Positions 33,111 to 46,194 of a DNA stretch of 64,000 bases are shown piece by piece; the first letter of the stretch is position 1, and each line of letters starts with the position of its first letter. This stretch comes from Bacillota bacterium (GTDB lineage: Bacteria > Bacillota > Clostridia > Christensenellales > UMGS416). The notes below the pieces were generated by a model that saw only the letters and a program-made list of their open reading frames with translations, searched no databases and was not told the DNA's origin. Position numbers and translations under genes: made by a program. The stretch is taken from contig JAEWRW010000020.1 in NCBI GenBank assembly GCA_023398815.1, positions 66,474 through 130,473 of the forward strand, given 5' to 3'.

Positions 33111-33538
33111 CAAAGACAATAAGCATGGGGAAGGGCACTCCCCCTTCATTTGAACAAGCGACTGTATACTTCTCGTTACACATCAATAAAGCGGTCTATT
33201 TTATTATGTTTTCAGCCCTAAAATCGATTTTTCCGATAGGGTAGTACAATTCCTCCACCTCGTTGAGAAAATCGATTTCAGCCCGTAGAAGCATATAAAG
33301 TTAATCACCTTGATGTGTTTTGGGGTTGGTAATCAGGCGAAGGTAATTTCCGTACTCCACAAACCTGAGGGGTATGGATGCAAAGAGGCAAGCAGAGTGA
33401 ATTTCTCAGCTTTGGATATGTATGTAGTGCGAGAATCAAAAGAGCAAATAAATTGTAGAAATAGCATATTGTGCTTACAGTTAAAATCCTGTACAATTAG
33501 TTTTCGGAAAATGGCGTTGATTGCGTTCTTTGAGAATC

Positions 33539-33556
33539 AAAAAGTTGTGTGTATTT
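33539..33556. repeat. 18-bp sub-terminal inverted repeat, right copy (candidate integrase arm site)
   Basis: AAAAAGTTGTGTGTATTT is followed by TTCAAAAACACAC, which can pair with GTGTGT. Confidence 0.7.
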
Positions 33557-33609
33557 TTCAAAAACACACGGCTTTAAGCCAGAAATTACGCGATTTTCTA
33601 CGTATCCGC

Positions 33610-33669
33610 TACGTAGTTGCGTGTAATACTTCTTTTGTGTGCGCTGGAAGGCCCTGGTAGGGGTAGCGC
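33610..33669 (+). repeat. attR: 60-bp direct repeat
   Basis: TACGTAGTTGCGTGTAATACTTCTTTTGTGTGCGCTGGAAGGCCCTGGTAGGGGTAGCGC; 58/60 identical to 18407-18466. Confidence 0.9.
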
Positions 33670-33712
33670 ACGGCTTTGTTTACCCAACATATAACATAGA
33701 GGAGGAAACTGA

Positions 33713-36340
<2,628 letters not shown>

Positions 36341-36356
36341 CCCACGTCCAATGACG

Positions 36357-36395
36357 GTCAGGCGGCGCGGCGCGCGTCGCCTGACTTTCTGTTTC
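36357..36395 (+). terminator. rho-independent terminator after ppdK
   Basis: GTCAGGCG...CGCCTGAC stem enclosing a GC-rich loop, followed by TTTCTGTTT. Confidence 0.7.
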
Positions 36396-36575
36396 CGAAC
36401 CGGCGGCCCAACCCAGGCGACACACCCGTGCGCGACACCCTTCGCGGACAGGCTTTGCCGATTTTACCCGGCCCTTTGCAGGAAAACAGAGCATTTCGTC
36501 GAATAGTTACCCTCCATACGGCAGGCGGTGGGGGAGGGACCCACCGATGCCGTGTGACACGGGAAAGGAGCTGCG

Positions 36576-38393
36576 ATGCCCGGTTTTTTCGCCGAGGAGT
36601 TTTTGTCGGAGGTATTGGCCCGCAACGACATCGTTGACGTCGTCGGCGAATATGTGCAGTTGCGGCGCAAGGGTGACCGGTACTGGGGCCTGTGCCCCTT
36701 CCATGGCGAAAAAACGCCGTCCTTCAGCGTGAAGCAGGACAAGCAGTTCTACTATTGCTTTGGTTGCCATGCCGCCGGCAACGCCTTCCAGTTCGTGCAG
36801 AACATTGAGAAGTGCGACTTCCCCGAGGCGGTGGAGCACCTGGCCCAGCGGGCAGGGATGGAGCTGCCGGCACGCCAGTCGGGCGGCGACAGCCGCCAGC
36901 GGGAGGAACTACGCACCACGCTCTATGAGATTGGGCGGGCGGCGGGCCGTTTCTACCACGAGAAGCTCTACACCCGCGAGGGATTCGTCGGGCTGGAGTA
37001 TCTGCAGCGGCGGGGCCTGACCGAGCGAATCATCAAGCGGTTCGGCTTGGGGTTCGCGCCCAACAACCACGACGAGGCTCTCCGCTTCCTGGAGGCACAG
37101 GGCTTCAGTCGTGAGCATCTGAAGCTCTTTGCCGTGGCGGGGGAGAAGGAAGGCCGCTGGTACGACTACTTTCGCAACCGCATCATGTTCCCCATCATCG
37201 ATCGAAGGGGACGGGTCATCGGTTTCGGCGGGCGAGTGATGGACGATTCCCAGCCCAAGTACCTGAACTCCCCGGAAACGCCGGTGTTCAACAAGCGCCA
37301 GAACCTCTTTGGCCTGAACCTGGTGGGGCAGTTGCGCAGTTTGGAGCGGCTGGTCATCGTGGAGGGGTACATGGACGTCATTTCCATGCACCAGGCCGGG
37401 GTGCCCTACACGGTGGCGTCGCTGGGCACGGCACTCACCGAGGAGCAGGCGCGGCTCATGAAGCGCTACTGCACCGAGGTGTTCATCGCCTACGATGGCG
37501 ACTCCGCCGGGCAGAAGGCCACCATGCGGTCGCTGGACATCCTGCGGGACGCGGGGCTCTCGGTGCGGGTGCTGCAGTTCCCCGATGGCATGGACCCCGA
37601 CGACTATGCCAAGCGCTTCGGCCTTGCGGGGCTGGAGGAACTGATGGACAAGGCCCCCCAGGCGGTGGACTACAAGCTGCGTTCCATCGCCGCGGGGCAC
37701 GACCTGCGCAACGAGGAAGGACGCCGCCGCTACGTGGCCGAGGCCTGCCGGGAGGTACTCTCCAAGCTCACCAGCCCTGTGGAGATGGACATCTACGTCA
37801 AACGCGTGAGCCGCGAGGCCGGTGTGTCAGAAATGGCCATCTACGAGGAGGCGGGGTTGGAACGCTCTGCCAGAAAAGCCGCGGAGTATAGCGCCAGAGG
37901 CAGCAGGAATACTAATGCAGTAACGGACGGCCCCTCCCAAATATTGGAGAACGAACCCCGCAGCCAGCCACGGGACAACGCCCGGCGAGACGCCGAATGT
38001 TATCTGTTGCGCCTGGCGATGGAGGAAGACACTTGGGCCCGCAAGCTCGCGGAGAATTGGACGATTGAGACGTTCCGCCAGGAGCGGCAGGAGCTGGCGC
38101 GGTTGGTGCTGAGCGGGCAGGCCGTGGCTATCCCCACGACGGAGCTGATGAGCCGCTTGCCCGATGGCGAACAGGGCGAATTGGCGCGCATCCTGCTGCT
38201 GAACCTGCCCGAACCTGAGAACCGCGCCCAACTGTATGCGGATTGCGCCGCCACCCTGCGGGACAGGGAACGGGCAGAGGAGCTGGAACGCCTGCGGGAG
38301 GAATTGCAGCAACCGGGGCTCACTGACGAAGAAAAGACCACGCTCAAGCAGCGTTTGCAGGAATTGTTGCTGCGGCAGCGGAACAGATACTGA
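36576..38393 (+). CDS. dnaG: DNA primase
   Basis: The zinc-ribbon is CPFHGEKTPSFSVKQDKQFYYCFGCHAAGNAFQF. The TOPRIM region is VIVEGYMDVISMHQAG...AYDGDSAGQKAT. It lies immediately upstream of sigA, as in the conserved MMS operon. Confidence 0.95.
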   Translation: MPGFFAEEFLSEVLARNDIVDVVGEYVQLRRKGDRYWGLCPFHGEKTPSFSVKQDKQFYYCFGCHAAGNAFQFVQNIEKCDFPEAVEHLAQRAGMELPARQSGGDSRQREELRTTLYEIGRAAGRFYHEKLYTREGFVGLEYLQRRGLTERIIKRFGLGFAPNNHDEALRFLEAQGFSREHLKLFAVAGEKEGRWYDYFRNRIMFPIIDRRGRVIGFGGRVMDDSQPKYLNSPETPVFNKRQNLFGLNLVGQLRSLERLVIVEGYMDVISMHQAGVPYTVASLGTALTEEQARLMKRYCTEVFIAYDGDSAGQKATMRSLDILRDAGLSVRVLQFPDGMDPDDYAKRFGLAGLEELMDKAPQAVDYKLRSIAAGHDLRNEEGRRRYVAEACREVLSKLTSPVEMDIYVKRVSREAGVSEMAIYEEAGLERSARKAAEYSARGSRNTNAVTDGPSQILENEPRSQPRDNARRDAECYLLRLAMEEDTWARKLAENWTIETFRQERQELARLVLSGQAVAIPTTELMSRLPDGEQGELARILLLNLPEPENRAQLYADCAATLRDRERAEELERLREELQQPGLTDEEKTTLKQRLQELLLRQRNRY

Positions 38394-38456
38394 GGAGGGA
38401 CGGCATTGGCCGATCGGAACACAAATGGCACGGGTACACCGGAAGGAGCAGATTTG

Positions 38457-39761
<1,305 letters not shown>

Positions 39762-39779
39762 ATCGAAGAGTGTTTATGC

Positions 39780-39814
39780 GACCGCCGGCAGTGGCTTGCC
39801 GGCGGTCTTTTTTG
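39780..39814 (+). terminator. rho-independent terminator after sigA
   Basis: GACCGCCGGCA-GTGGCT-TGCCGGCGGTC followed by TTTTTT. Confidence 0.9.
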
Positions 39815-39940
39815 CGCATTTAGCCGCACAAGGCGGGAAGTGTCGCCCCCCGGGTGTGAAAAATCCCTTTCATGGTGCACGAATGTTGTCAACTCTTGCA
39901 GGAACCTGTGAAAAATGCGAAGAGTTTACCAGGGAAGATA

Positions 39941-39969
39941 TTGTATGTTTTTTTATTTGAAAGTATAAT
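39941..39969 (+). promoter_or_regulatory. SigA-type promoter TTGTAT-17-TATAAT
   Basis: ataTTGTATgtttttttatttgaaagTATAATaat. It is bracketed by the inverted repeat CCAGGGAA (39928-39935) / TTCCCTGG (39988-39995). Confidence 0.6.
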
Positions 39970-40018
39970 AATCCACATATGTTACACATTCCCTGGCAGT
40001 GAGTGAGGAGAGTGCGGC

Positions 40019-40711
40019 GTGGAACGAGTGGATGAAGCGGCCTTCCTGTACGAGGATCTGATTTGCAAGATCCAGGGTGTTTTCTCTGCCAAGGTAAAGG
40101 TAGATGAGGTCGACGGCGAAATCATTGAGTGCCATGTGCTGGCCGACCGCACCCGGAACATCAAACAGCTCGTGCGAGACGTGCAATCGGCGCTCATGGC
40201 CAAGTTCCACGTGGATTTGGATTACAAGCTCATTAGCGTCGCCCAGGTAGACAACTTGGACGATATGATACAAAGCAAGCCCGAGGAACCGGAAACGGGA
40301 AAGGCAGAGGCACCTCGCGTACAGCTCAAAAGCTTCATGATGGGTTACGAGGGCAATAACATCAAGGCTTCGGTAACCCTGGGTATCGGCGGCAACGCCT
40401 ACAATGGCGAGGCCGTTGCGTCGGGCAGTGCGTCCAGCCGTTTCAAGACCCTGGCGCAGGCTGTGGTCAATGCCGTCAACTACAACGCAGATGCCGCACT
40501 CACGCTCAGCGTGCTGGATGTGCAGCGCTTTAACATCAACGGCCAGAACGCGTATGCCGTTGCCATGTACTATCGCTGCATGGGAAGGGAGGATGTACTG
40601 CTCGGTTCTGCCATCATCCGGGAGGATGAGAACATGGCGGTGGTGAAGGCGGCCCTTGACGCCTTGAACCGCAGGGTATTCACCACCAATTTTCAAACTG
40701 GGAACCATTAG
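40019..40711 (+). CDS. hypothetical protein; C-terminal half faintly resembles a LeuA-allosteric/dimerisation-type fold
   Basis: GTG start follows GAGGAG. 230 aa. The pattern GSASSRFKTLAQAVVNAVN...VLDVQRFNINGQNAYAVAMYY...LLGSAIIREDENMAVVKAALDALNRR supports only a tentative similarity. Confidence 0.45.
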   Translation: MERVDEAAFLYEDLICKIQGVFSAKVKVDEVDGEIIECHVLADRTRNIKQLVRDVQSALMAKFHVDLDYKLISVAQVDNLDDMIQSKPEEPETGKAEAPRVQLKSFMMGYEGNNIKASVTLGIGGNAYNGEAVASGSASSRFKTLAQAVVNAVNYNADAALTLSVLDVQRFNINGQNAYAVAMYYRCMGREDVLLGSAIIREDENMAVVKAALDALNRRVFTTNFQTGNH

Positions 40712-40947
40712 GCCCGGTCGGCTAGTCATGAACAAAGCGTAGCGATTCTATAGCCTGCCTGTTAGCGGATGGCAGAGAAATCGATGGGAGGCTATATCAA
40801 TGAAGGCGAGAGTTCTCGTTGCCATTATGTCCTTGGCTTCTTTGTTGCTGGCTGGCGGCGCTACCCTGATCTGGAAGTAACTCTTCACTTAGACTTAGAG
40901 CGAGCCAATTTCCGACCGGGCCTAATTTCCATCATAGAGGAGTCGAT

Positions 40948-42285
40948 ATGCAGGTCACGCAGCGCCCCATGAAGAAGTGGCTGTCACCCGTCTATATCGC
41001 GGCATTTTCCGTGTTGGGCGTGCTATTGGCTTTCGCGCCTGTCCGCGCGTATTGGGGCGCGGTTTTTGCAAGCAACGACATTCAGGATCAGCTCATCGAG
41101 CTTGCCATTTTGACCATCATTCTGGCGTTGACCCGCTCCATGGATCTTCCGCTGCCCGGCCTGCGCATGGGGGGCGACGCGGTAGACATCTCGTCGGTGG
41201 CCATCTTTGCGGCCTATTTGGCCAAGGGTGCCGGCGGGGCCATCAGCGCCATCGTCATCAGCGCGTTCTTCACCTTCTCACGCTTTGAAAATGGGAAGAT
41301 CCAGCACATTTTCAATACGGCTTTTGTCAAAACACTCTTCAATAACATCAATCTGGTGGTTTCCGTTGCGCTGGGTGCCTGGGCCTTTGAGGCTGTGGGC
41401 GGGCACCCCGGCACGTTGGCGGGGTTACAGCTGCCTGGGGTCATCGGCCCCTCCCTGCTGTATCTGTTGGTGTCGCTGTTCTCCGATGTCATTGGCATGG
41501 TTGTGCTGTTCCACCTGATGCGCGGCGCGCCGCTGCTGGCCACCATGGTGGATAGTCTGCGCTCCCTTGGCCCAAAGCTCATGGCCCTGTCGCCCATCGG
41601 GTTTTTCCTGGCGTATCTGTTCATGATCCAGGGCGGTTCCTACATGGCGCTACTGTTCTTTGTGCCGCTCATGTTCGCGCGTTTTGCCTTCAAGCTCTAT
41701 CTGGATAGCAAGGAGCAATTTCTGCATACCATCAGCACGTTGACCAACGCCATCGAGGCCAAGGACGAATACACCGAGGGTCACTCCAAGCGCGTGGCAC
41801 AGTATTCGCTCGATATTGCCACGGCCATGGGCCTGAAGCCCGCCCAGCTGGAGAACATCAAGATTGGCGCGGTGCTGCACGACATTGGCAAAATCGGCAT
41901 CGAAGATCACATTCTGCAAAAGCCCGCTCACCTGGACGACGAGGAGTGGAACCGGATTCAGCAGCACCCCGAGATCGGCATCAAGATTTTGGAGGACGTC
42001 AAGCTGGGCAAGGTCGTCAAGGACATGATTGAGCTGCACCACATCCATTACGACCGCAGTGGATACCCCGAGGGACACCGCGGTGACGATCTGTCGACGG
42101 AGGTGCACATCATCATGCTGGCGGACGCCTATGACGCCATGACCAGCGACCGGCCCTACCGCAAGGCCATGAGCGATGAGATGGCGCTTTCCATCATCCG
42201 CAAGGAGCGCGGCAAGCAGTTCCACCCCGATATTGTGGATGTCTTTCTCGCCATGAAGGAACGGGAGGCGTTGACGCAGCCATGA
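40948..42285 (+). CDS. multi-pass membrane HD-GYP domain protein (putative c-di-GMP phosphodiesterase)
   Basis: About 240 aa of N-terminal TM helices. Then TEGHSKRVAQYSLDIA...IGAVLHDIGKIGI...LHHIHYDRSGYPEG...IMLADAYDAMTSDRPYRKA, which gives the HD and (degenerate) HHExxDGxGYP motifs. Confidence 0.85.
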   Translation: MQVTQRPMKKWLSPVYIAAFSVLGVLLAFAPVRAYWGAVFASNDIQDQLIELAILTIILALTRSMDLPLPGLRMGGDAVDISSVAIFAAYLAKGAGGAISAIVISAFFTFSRFENGKIQHIFNTAFVKTLFNNINLVVSVALGAWAFEAVGGHPGTLAGLQLPGVIGPSLLYLLVSLFSDVIGMVVLFHLMRGAPLLATMVDSLRSLGPKLMALSPIGFFLAYLFMIQGGSYMALLFFVPLMFARFAFKLYLDSKEQFLHTISTLTNAIEAKDEYTEGHSKRVAQYSLDIATAMGLKPAQLENIKIGAVLHDIGKIGIEDHILQKPAHLDDEEWNRIQQHPEIGIKILEDVKLGKVVKDMIELHHIHYDRSGYPEGHRGDDLSTEVHIIMLADAYDAMTSDRPYRKAMSDEMALSIIRKERGKQFHPDIVDVFLAMKEREALTQP

Positions 42286-43778
42286 CCATGCTGGTGTTTG
42301 TGCTCCTGGGTCTGCTCATCGGCTTTTTCCGCGCCGGTGGCATCAGCGGCCTGGCGCGGATTCCTTTGCGTCAGCCATGGTTGCTGGTGGTGGCGCTGGC
42401 AATGCAGTTGGCCCTGATGATTGCCGGGCCTTTGGTGCCCGGCTTTTTTGCGGGCAGGATGATGCTGGTGCAGGTGCTGCGCTTCCTGCCGCTCATCCTG
42501 TTCGTGGCGTTCAACGCCCGCGATTGGCGCATCGATGTGGCCGGGTTGGGGGTGGTGCTGAATGCCGCGGTTATCCTGGCCAACGAGGGACGCATGCCGG
42601 TGCACTGGATGGTGCGTGACATGCCGGCCCTGGCCCAGAGCGTGCAGCACATTCTGGAGGGTTCCGTTCCCGACTATATGATTATGACCGGCGCGGGCAG
42701 TGCCCGCCTGTGGGTGTTGGGTGATCTGTTGGCGTACCCGGTGTTCCAAACGGTGGGCCTTGCCAGCGTGGGCGACTTGGTGCTGGGGCTGGGCGTGCTG
42801 CTGTGGCTGCAGCACGCCATGGTTCGCTATGCGGCGGGCCGCCATGTGCGTGGTTCCCTGGCGCGGGAGCCGCGAGCCTTTGAGCGCGTGCCGGAGGCCG
42901 TGATGATGGACGCTCCGGCCGCGCCTGTGGCGGCCGAGAGGGTGGTGACTTCGCCGGCGGATACTGCCATCCCCAGTGGCAGGCAGAACATCGAGAAACC
43001 GCCGATCCCTGTGGAGCAGGTTGAGCCTGAGCCTGAGCCCATCGGCGAGCCTGAATCCCAACTGGACAACGAACTCCCCGCTGTGGAGCCCATGCGCCTG
43101 CCGCCCCGGCTGCAGGCCATCGCCACGCTGGTGGAGGGGGACAGCCGTGTGGCCGACATCGGTGCTGACCATGGCAAGCTGGCCGTCCACCTGGCCCAAC
43201 GCGGCACTCCGGTCGTCATCGCCACCGACATCAGCGCCGATTCCCTGGCCAAGACCCAAATGCTGGTGCGGGAGCAAGGCCTGGAGGATCGAGTGCGCTG
43301 TCGCCTGGGGGACGGCCTGCGCAAGCTCCGCCCCGGCGAGGTGGATACGCTTGTCATCGCCGGCATGGGCGGGCCCACCATCTGTGCCATCCTGGATGAG
43401 GGGCGGCGGGTCACCGACACGGTGGGCAAACTGGTGTTGCAACCCATGAACGCCATCGGCACCGTGCGCCGTTGGCTGGCGGAGAACGGCTTTGCCCTGG
43501 CGGGGGAGGAACTGGTGGAGGACGACGGGCGGCTGTATCAGATTTTGTGTGCGGTGCCCGGCGCTGAGCCGCTCCTGCCGGAGACGCTCTTTGACCTGGA
43601 GATTGGACACCTGCTGGTGGAGCGGCGGCACCCGCTGCTGGGCCGCCTGCTGCGGGATCGCATCGCCACCATCGATGGAATCCTGGAGGAGATCGCGGCC
43701 ATCGACAGCCCCAAGGCCAACGCCCGTCGGCTGGAGCTCGCCGAACTCCGGCGCCGCTGTGAGGAGAACCTGCCATGA
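42282..43778 (+). CDS. trmK: apparent fusion: DUF5317-like membrane domain + acidic/Pro linker + tRNA (adenine22-N1)-methyltransferase TrmK domain
   Basis: The ATGA overlaps the HD-GYP stop. The N-terminal 190 aa are hydrophobic (ANEGRMPV, SVGDLVLGLGVLLW). From M271 (ATG 43092) comes the TrmK signature RLQAIATLVEGDSRVADIGADHGKLAVHLAQRG...ATDISADSL...GDGL...DTLVIAGMGG. There is no stop between the two parts. Confidence 0.7.
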   Translation: MTMLVFVLLGLLIGFFRAGGISGLARIPLRQPWLLVVALAMQLALMIAGPLVPGFFAGRMMLVQVLRFLPLILFVAFNARDWRIDVAGLGVVLNAAVILANEGRMPVHWMVRDMPALAQSVQHILEGSVPDYMIMTGAGSARLWVLGDLLAYPVFQTVGLASVGDLVLGLGVLLWLQHAMVRYAAGRHVRGSLAREPRAFERVPEAVMMDAPAAPVAAERVVTSPADTAIPSGRQNIEKPPIPVEQVEPEPEPIGEPESQLDNELPAVEPMRLPPRLQAIATLVEGDSRVADIGADHGKLAVHLAQRGTPVVIATDISADSLAKTQMLVREQGLEDRVRCRLGDGLRKLRPGEVDTLVIAGMGGPTICAILDEGRRVTDTVGKLVLQPMNAIGTVRRWLAENGFALAGEELVEDDGRLYQILCAVPGAEPLLPETLFDLEIGHLLVERRHPLLGRLLRDRIATIDGILEEIAAIDSPKANARRLELAELRRRCEENLP

Positions 43779-44566
43779 CACCCACCGTTCATGATGTGGT
43801 GACCCTGCTGGAGGCTTGGGCACCCGCGGCCACGGCCGAGGCCTGGGACAATGTGGGTCTGCAGGTTGGACGATGGGAGAGTGCCATTGACACGGCGCTC
43901 ATCGCCCTGGACGTGGACGAGGCGGTGCTGGCCCATGCTCGGCAGATCGGCGCGGGGCTCATCATCAGCCACCATCCGGTGCTTTTCCGCCCGGTGACGG
44001 CGGTGGAGGATCGCACGTTGGCCGGACGGTTGGTGCTGGGGGCCGCGGAGGGCGGCGTGGCGCTCTTTGCCGCCCACACCAACCTGGATCGGGCCGATGG
44101 TGGTGTCAACGATGCGCTGTGTGCCGCCGTGGGGCTGCAGGCGACGCCGGTGGGCGGCGAGCAAATAGGCCGCTTGGCCCAGCTGGACGAGGCAATTGCC
44201 TTGGGCGATTGGGCAGCCCTGGTGCGCGATCGCTTGGGGGCTGACGCCGTGCGCGTCACCGGCCCGGCAGACCGCCCGGTGCGGAGGGTCTATGTGCTCT
44301 CTGGCGCGGGCCGGTCAGAGATTGACGCCGCCTTGGCCTGCCATGCCGATGTGCTTTTGACCGGCGAGATTGGCTACCATGATGGGCAGAAGGCGCTGTA
44401 TGCCGGCCTGTCGGTGGTGGAAGCCGGCCATTATGAAACCGAAGCGCCTGTGTTGCGCACCATAGAAAAGCATTTACAAACCGAATTCCAACGGTTACAA
44501 TATAAGATACGGACAGTTGTATGGGAACAGTCCACCTGTCCCTTTTGGTATGTCCGCGGGCGTTGA
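43775..44566 (+). CDS. Nif3-like dinuclear metal centre protein (YqfO family)
   Basis: WDNVGLQVG...IALDVDEAVLAHARQIGAGLIISHHPVLFRP...AAHTNLDRADGGVNDAL...GHYETE. The ATGA overlaps the trmK stop, and the trmK-yqfO order is conserved. Confidence 0.9.
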   Translation: MTPTVHDVVTLLEAWAPAATAEAWDNVGLQVGRWESAIDTALIALDVDEAVLAHARQIGAGLIISHHPVLFRPVTAVEDRTLAGRLVLGAAEGGVALFAAHTNLDRADGGVNDALCAAVGLQATPVGGEQIGRLAQLDEAIALGDWAALVRDRLGADAVRVTGPADRPVRRVYVLSGAGRSEIDAALACHADVLLTGEIGYHDGQKALYAGLSVVEAGHYETEAPVLRTIEKHLQTEFQRLQYKIRTVVWEQSTCPFWYVRGR

Positions 44567-44684
44567 TGGCCCGCAGACGCATCCATAAGCCGATTGACGA
44601 AAGAGGGGACCGCCCCTCTTTTCCCTACGATTTTGCCGGTGGGGCGGCGTGCCGTCCCATGATCAACAACCAGGAGGGAATGAA

Positions 44685-45401
44685 ATGGATCAACAGGTAC
44701 AGTTGCTGTGGCAATACCAGGAGATTGACCTGCAGGTGGCGGGGGTGGAGAAGAAACTGCGCATGTCGCCCACACGCAAAAAGCTGGTGGAGGCGCGGGA
44801 TTATCTGCTCAACTCCCAGAACCGCATGAAAAAGATGGAGGCCGATGCCGGCGAGCTGCGCATCAACTTTGACGCTGTGCGCAAGCGCTACGAATACCAG
44901 TACAACGAGCTCAGCAGCCTGTCCCACTACATTGCCGAAGGGGACCGCAACACCACCCTGCAAGAGGTGGAGCAGATGCGCAAAGAGCTTGTGGAGATTC
45001 AGAACAACCTGACCCGCAGCGAGCGCGACCTGCAGAAGATCATCGAGCGGTTGGATGCCATCCAGACCACGGTCAACAAGATTGTCGCCACCGTGCCCAA
45101 GGCCAAGCGCGACTATGCGGCGTTCAAGGATGTTTATGACAAGGAAGCCGCCGTGATCGCCCAGGAGACCGCACCCTTCCGCACCAAGATGGGGGATTTG
45201 GAGAAGCAGATTGGCCCCAAGCTCATGACGCGCTACAAGAACATCAAGAAGACGCGCGCTAACCCGCTGGCACCCCTGCGCGACAACCGCTGCAGCGGCT
45301 GCAACATGGAGCTGCCGTCGGTGGCGCTCAAAAAGGCGGTGGAGGCCGACGCGCCGCTCGACTGTGAGAACTGCGGGCGCATGCTGTTCCTGGAACAATA
45401 A
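44685..45401 (+). CDS. coiled-coil protein with C-terminal C4 zinc ribbon (COG1579 family)
   Basis: Trimmed to ATG 44685 (AGGAGGG RBS). It has a long heptad-rich region and ends with CSGCNMELPS...LDCENCGRMLF. Confidence 0.8.
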   Translation: MDQQVQLLWQYQEIDLQVAGVEKKLRMSPTRKKLVEARDYLLNSQNRMKKMEADAGELRINFDAVRKRYEYQYNELSSLSHYIAEGDRNTTLQEVEQMRKELVEIQNNLTRSERDLQKIIERLDAIQTTVNKIVATVPKAKRDYAAFKDVYDKEAAVIAQETAPFRTKMGDLEKQIGPKLMTRYKNIKKTRANPLAPLRDNRCSGCNMELPSVALKKAVEADAPLDCENCGRMLFLEQ

Positions 45402-45444
45402 GGCGCTTTGACAGCCATGATGGGCTGTGCTAAAATAACATAGT

Positions 45445-45797
45445 TTGTGAGCAAGCTGGACGGCCGCGGCGGCAGAGATGCCGACGAGGAAAGTCCGAGC
45501 ACCGCAAGGCAGGGTGCTGGGTAACTCCCAGTGGAGGCGACTCTAAGGAAAGTGCAACAGAGAAATACCGCCGCGGCAGTGGTTTCGACCATCCGCGGTA
45601 AGGGTGAAAAGGCGAGGTAAGAGCTCACCAGCGGCCTGGCGACAGGCACGGCTATGTAAACCCCACCCGGTGCAAGATCGGGGGATATTCGCGGTTGCCC
45701 GCCGCATTCCCCTCACATCGCTGGAGCCCGTCGGTAACGGCGGGCCTAGATAGATGGCCGTTCAAGACAGAACTCGGCTTATAGGCTTGTCTCACAA
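45445..45797 (+). ncRNA. rnpB: RNase P RNA, bacterial type A
   Basis: Hallmarks are GAGGAAAGTCCGAGC (P4 5' strand), AACAGAGAAATACCGCC, GGTAAGGGTGAAAAGGCGAGGTAAGAGCTCACCAG, GTAAACCCCACC and ACAGAACTCGGCTTATAG (P4 3' strand). P1 pairs GTGAGCAAGC with GCTTGTCTCAC. The ends are good to about 5 nt. Confidence 0.88.
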
Positions 45798-45801
45798 TCG
45801 T

Positions 45802-45835
45802 GGCCGATGGAGTAACCAGCTCCATCGGCCTTTTT
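45802..45835 (+). terminator. rho-independent terminator after rnpB
   Basis: GGCCGATGGAG-TAACCAG-CTCCATCGGCC followed by TTTTT. Confidence 0.85.
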
Positions 45836-46194
45836 CGTGGTTGTCGCTTCGCGCCAACCACGAGTGGGGAGGTTCTTGTTCCGACCATCACTTGCCATGT
45901 GACGTACACGCCGCCACATGGCTTCCCTTTTTCGCTCTCATCCGGGCTTTCTACGAAAGAAACGCGCCTGCGGGCAGGGAGGGCCAACTGCCTCGCGCGG
46001 GTTGCTTCGAGCCACGGCCGGATGAACCGGCTCGTGGCACCGGACTTTAAGTTCTGGTGAGGGTTGTACCTCGCACAAGCTTATTGGAGAATGGAGAAAT
46101 GCTTGTGGGCTGGCAGGGGTCAGCCCCCGCGGGTTGCTACATGCCGCTGGCGGGTCAACCGCCAACGCGGCAATGAGATCTTGCTCTTTTCTGC

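Larger units (their letters stand above)
18407..33669 (+). mobile_element. integrated AT-rich genomic island (integrative element / degraded prophage-like) carrying candidate defence cargo
   Basis: There is an abrupt, visible drop in GC between the flanks and 18.47-33.6 kb. The island has 60-bp direct repeats at both ends, a tyrosine integrase next to the left end, a serine resolvase and a rusA remnant. Inverted 18-bp sites lie inside each end. Confidence 0.88.

Noticed and set aside
33310-33660. 116-aa + strand ORF at the right island end
   Set aside because: It runs through the sub-terminal inverted repeat and into attR, and it has no RBS and no motif. The region is more likely non-coding recombination-arm DNA.
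42156-43823. 555-aa minus-strand ORF over trmK and the end of the HD-GYP gene; similarly 58106..59686, 56951..57865, 17029..18270, 6478..7587, 36909..37700, 37827..38806 and 44625..45398
   Set aside because: Each is antisense to a gene with clear family motifs. None has a plausible RBS or a recognisable domain.
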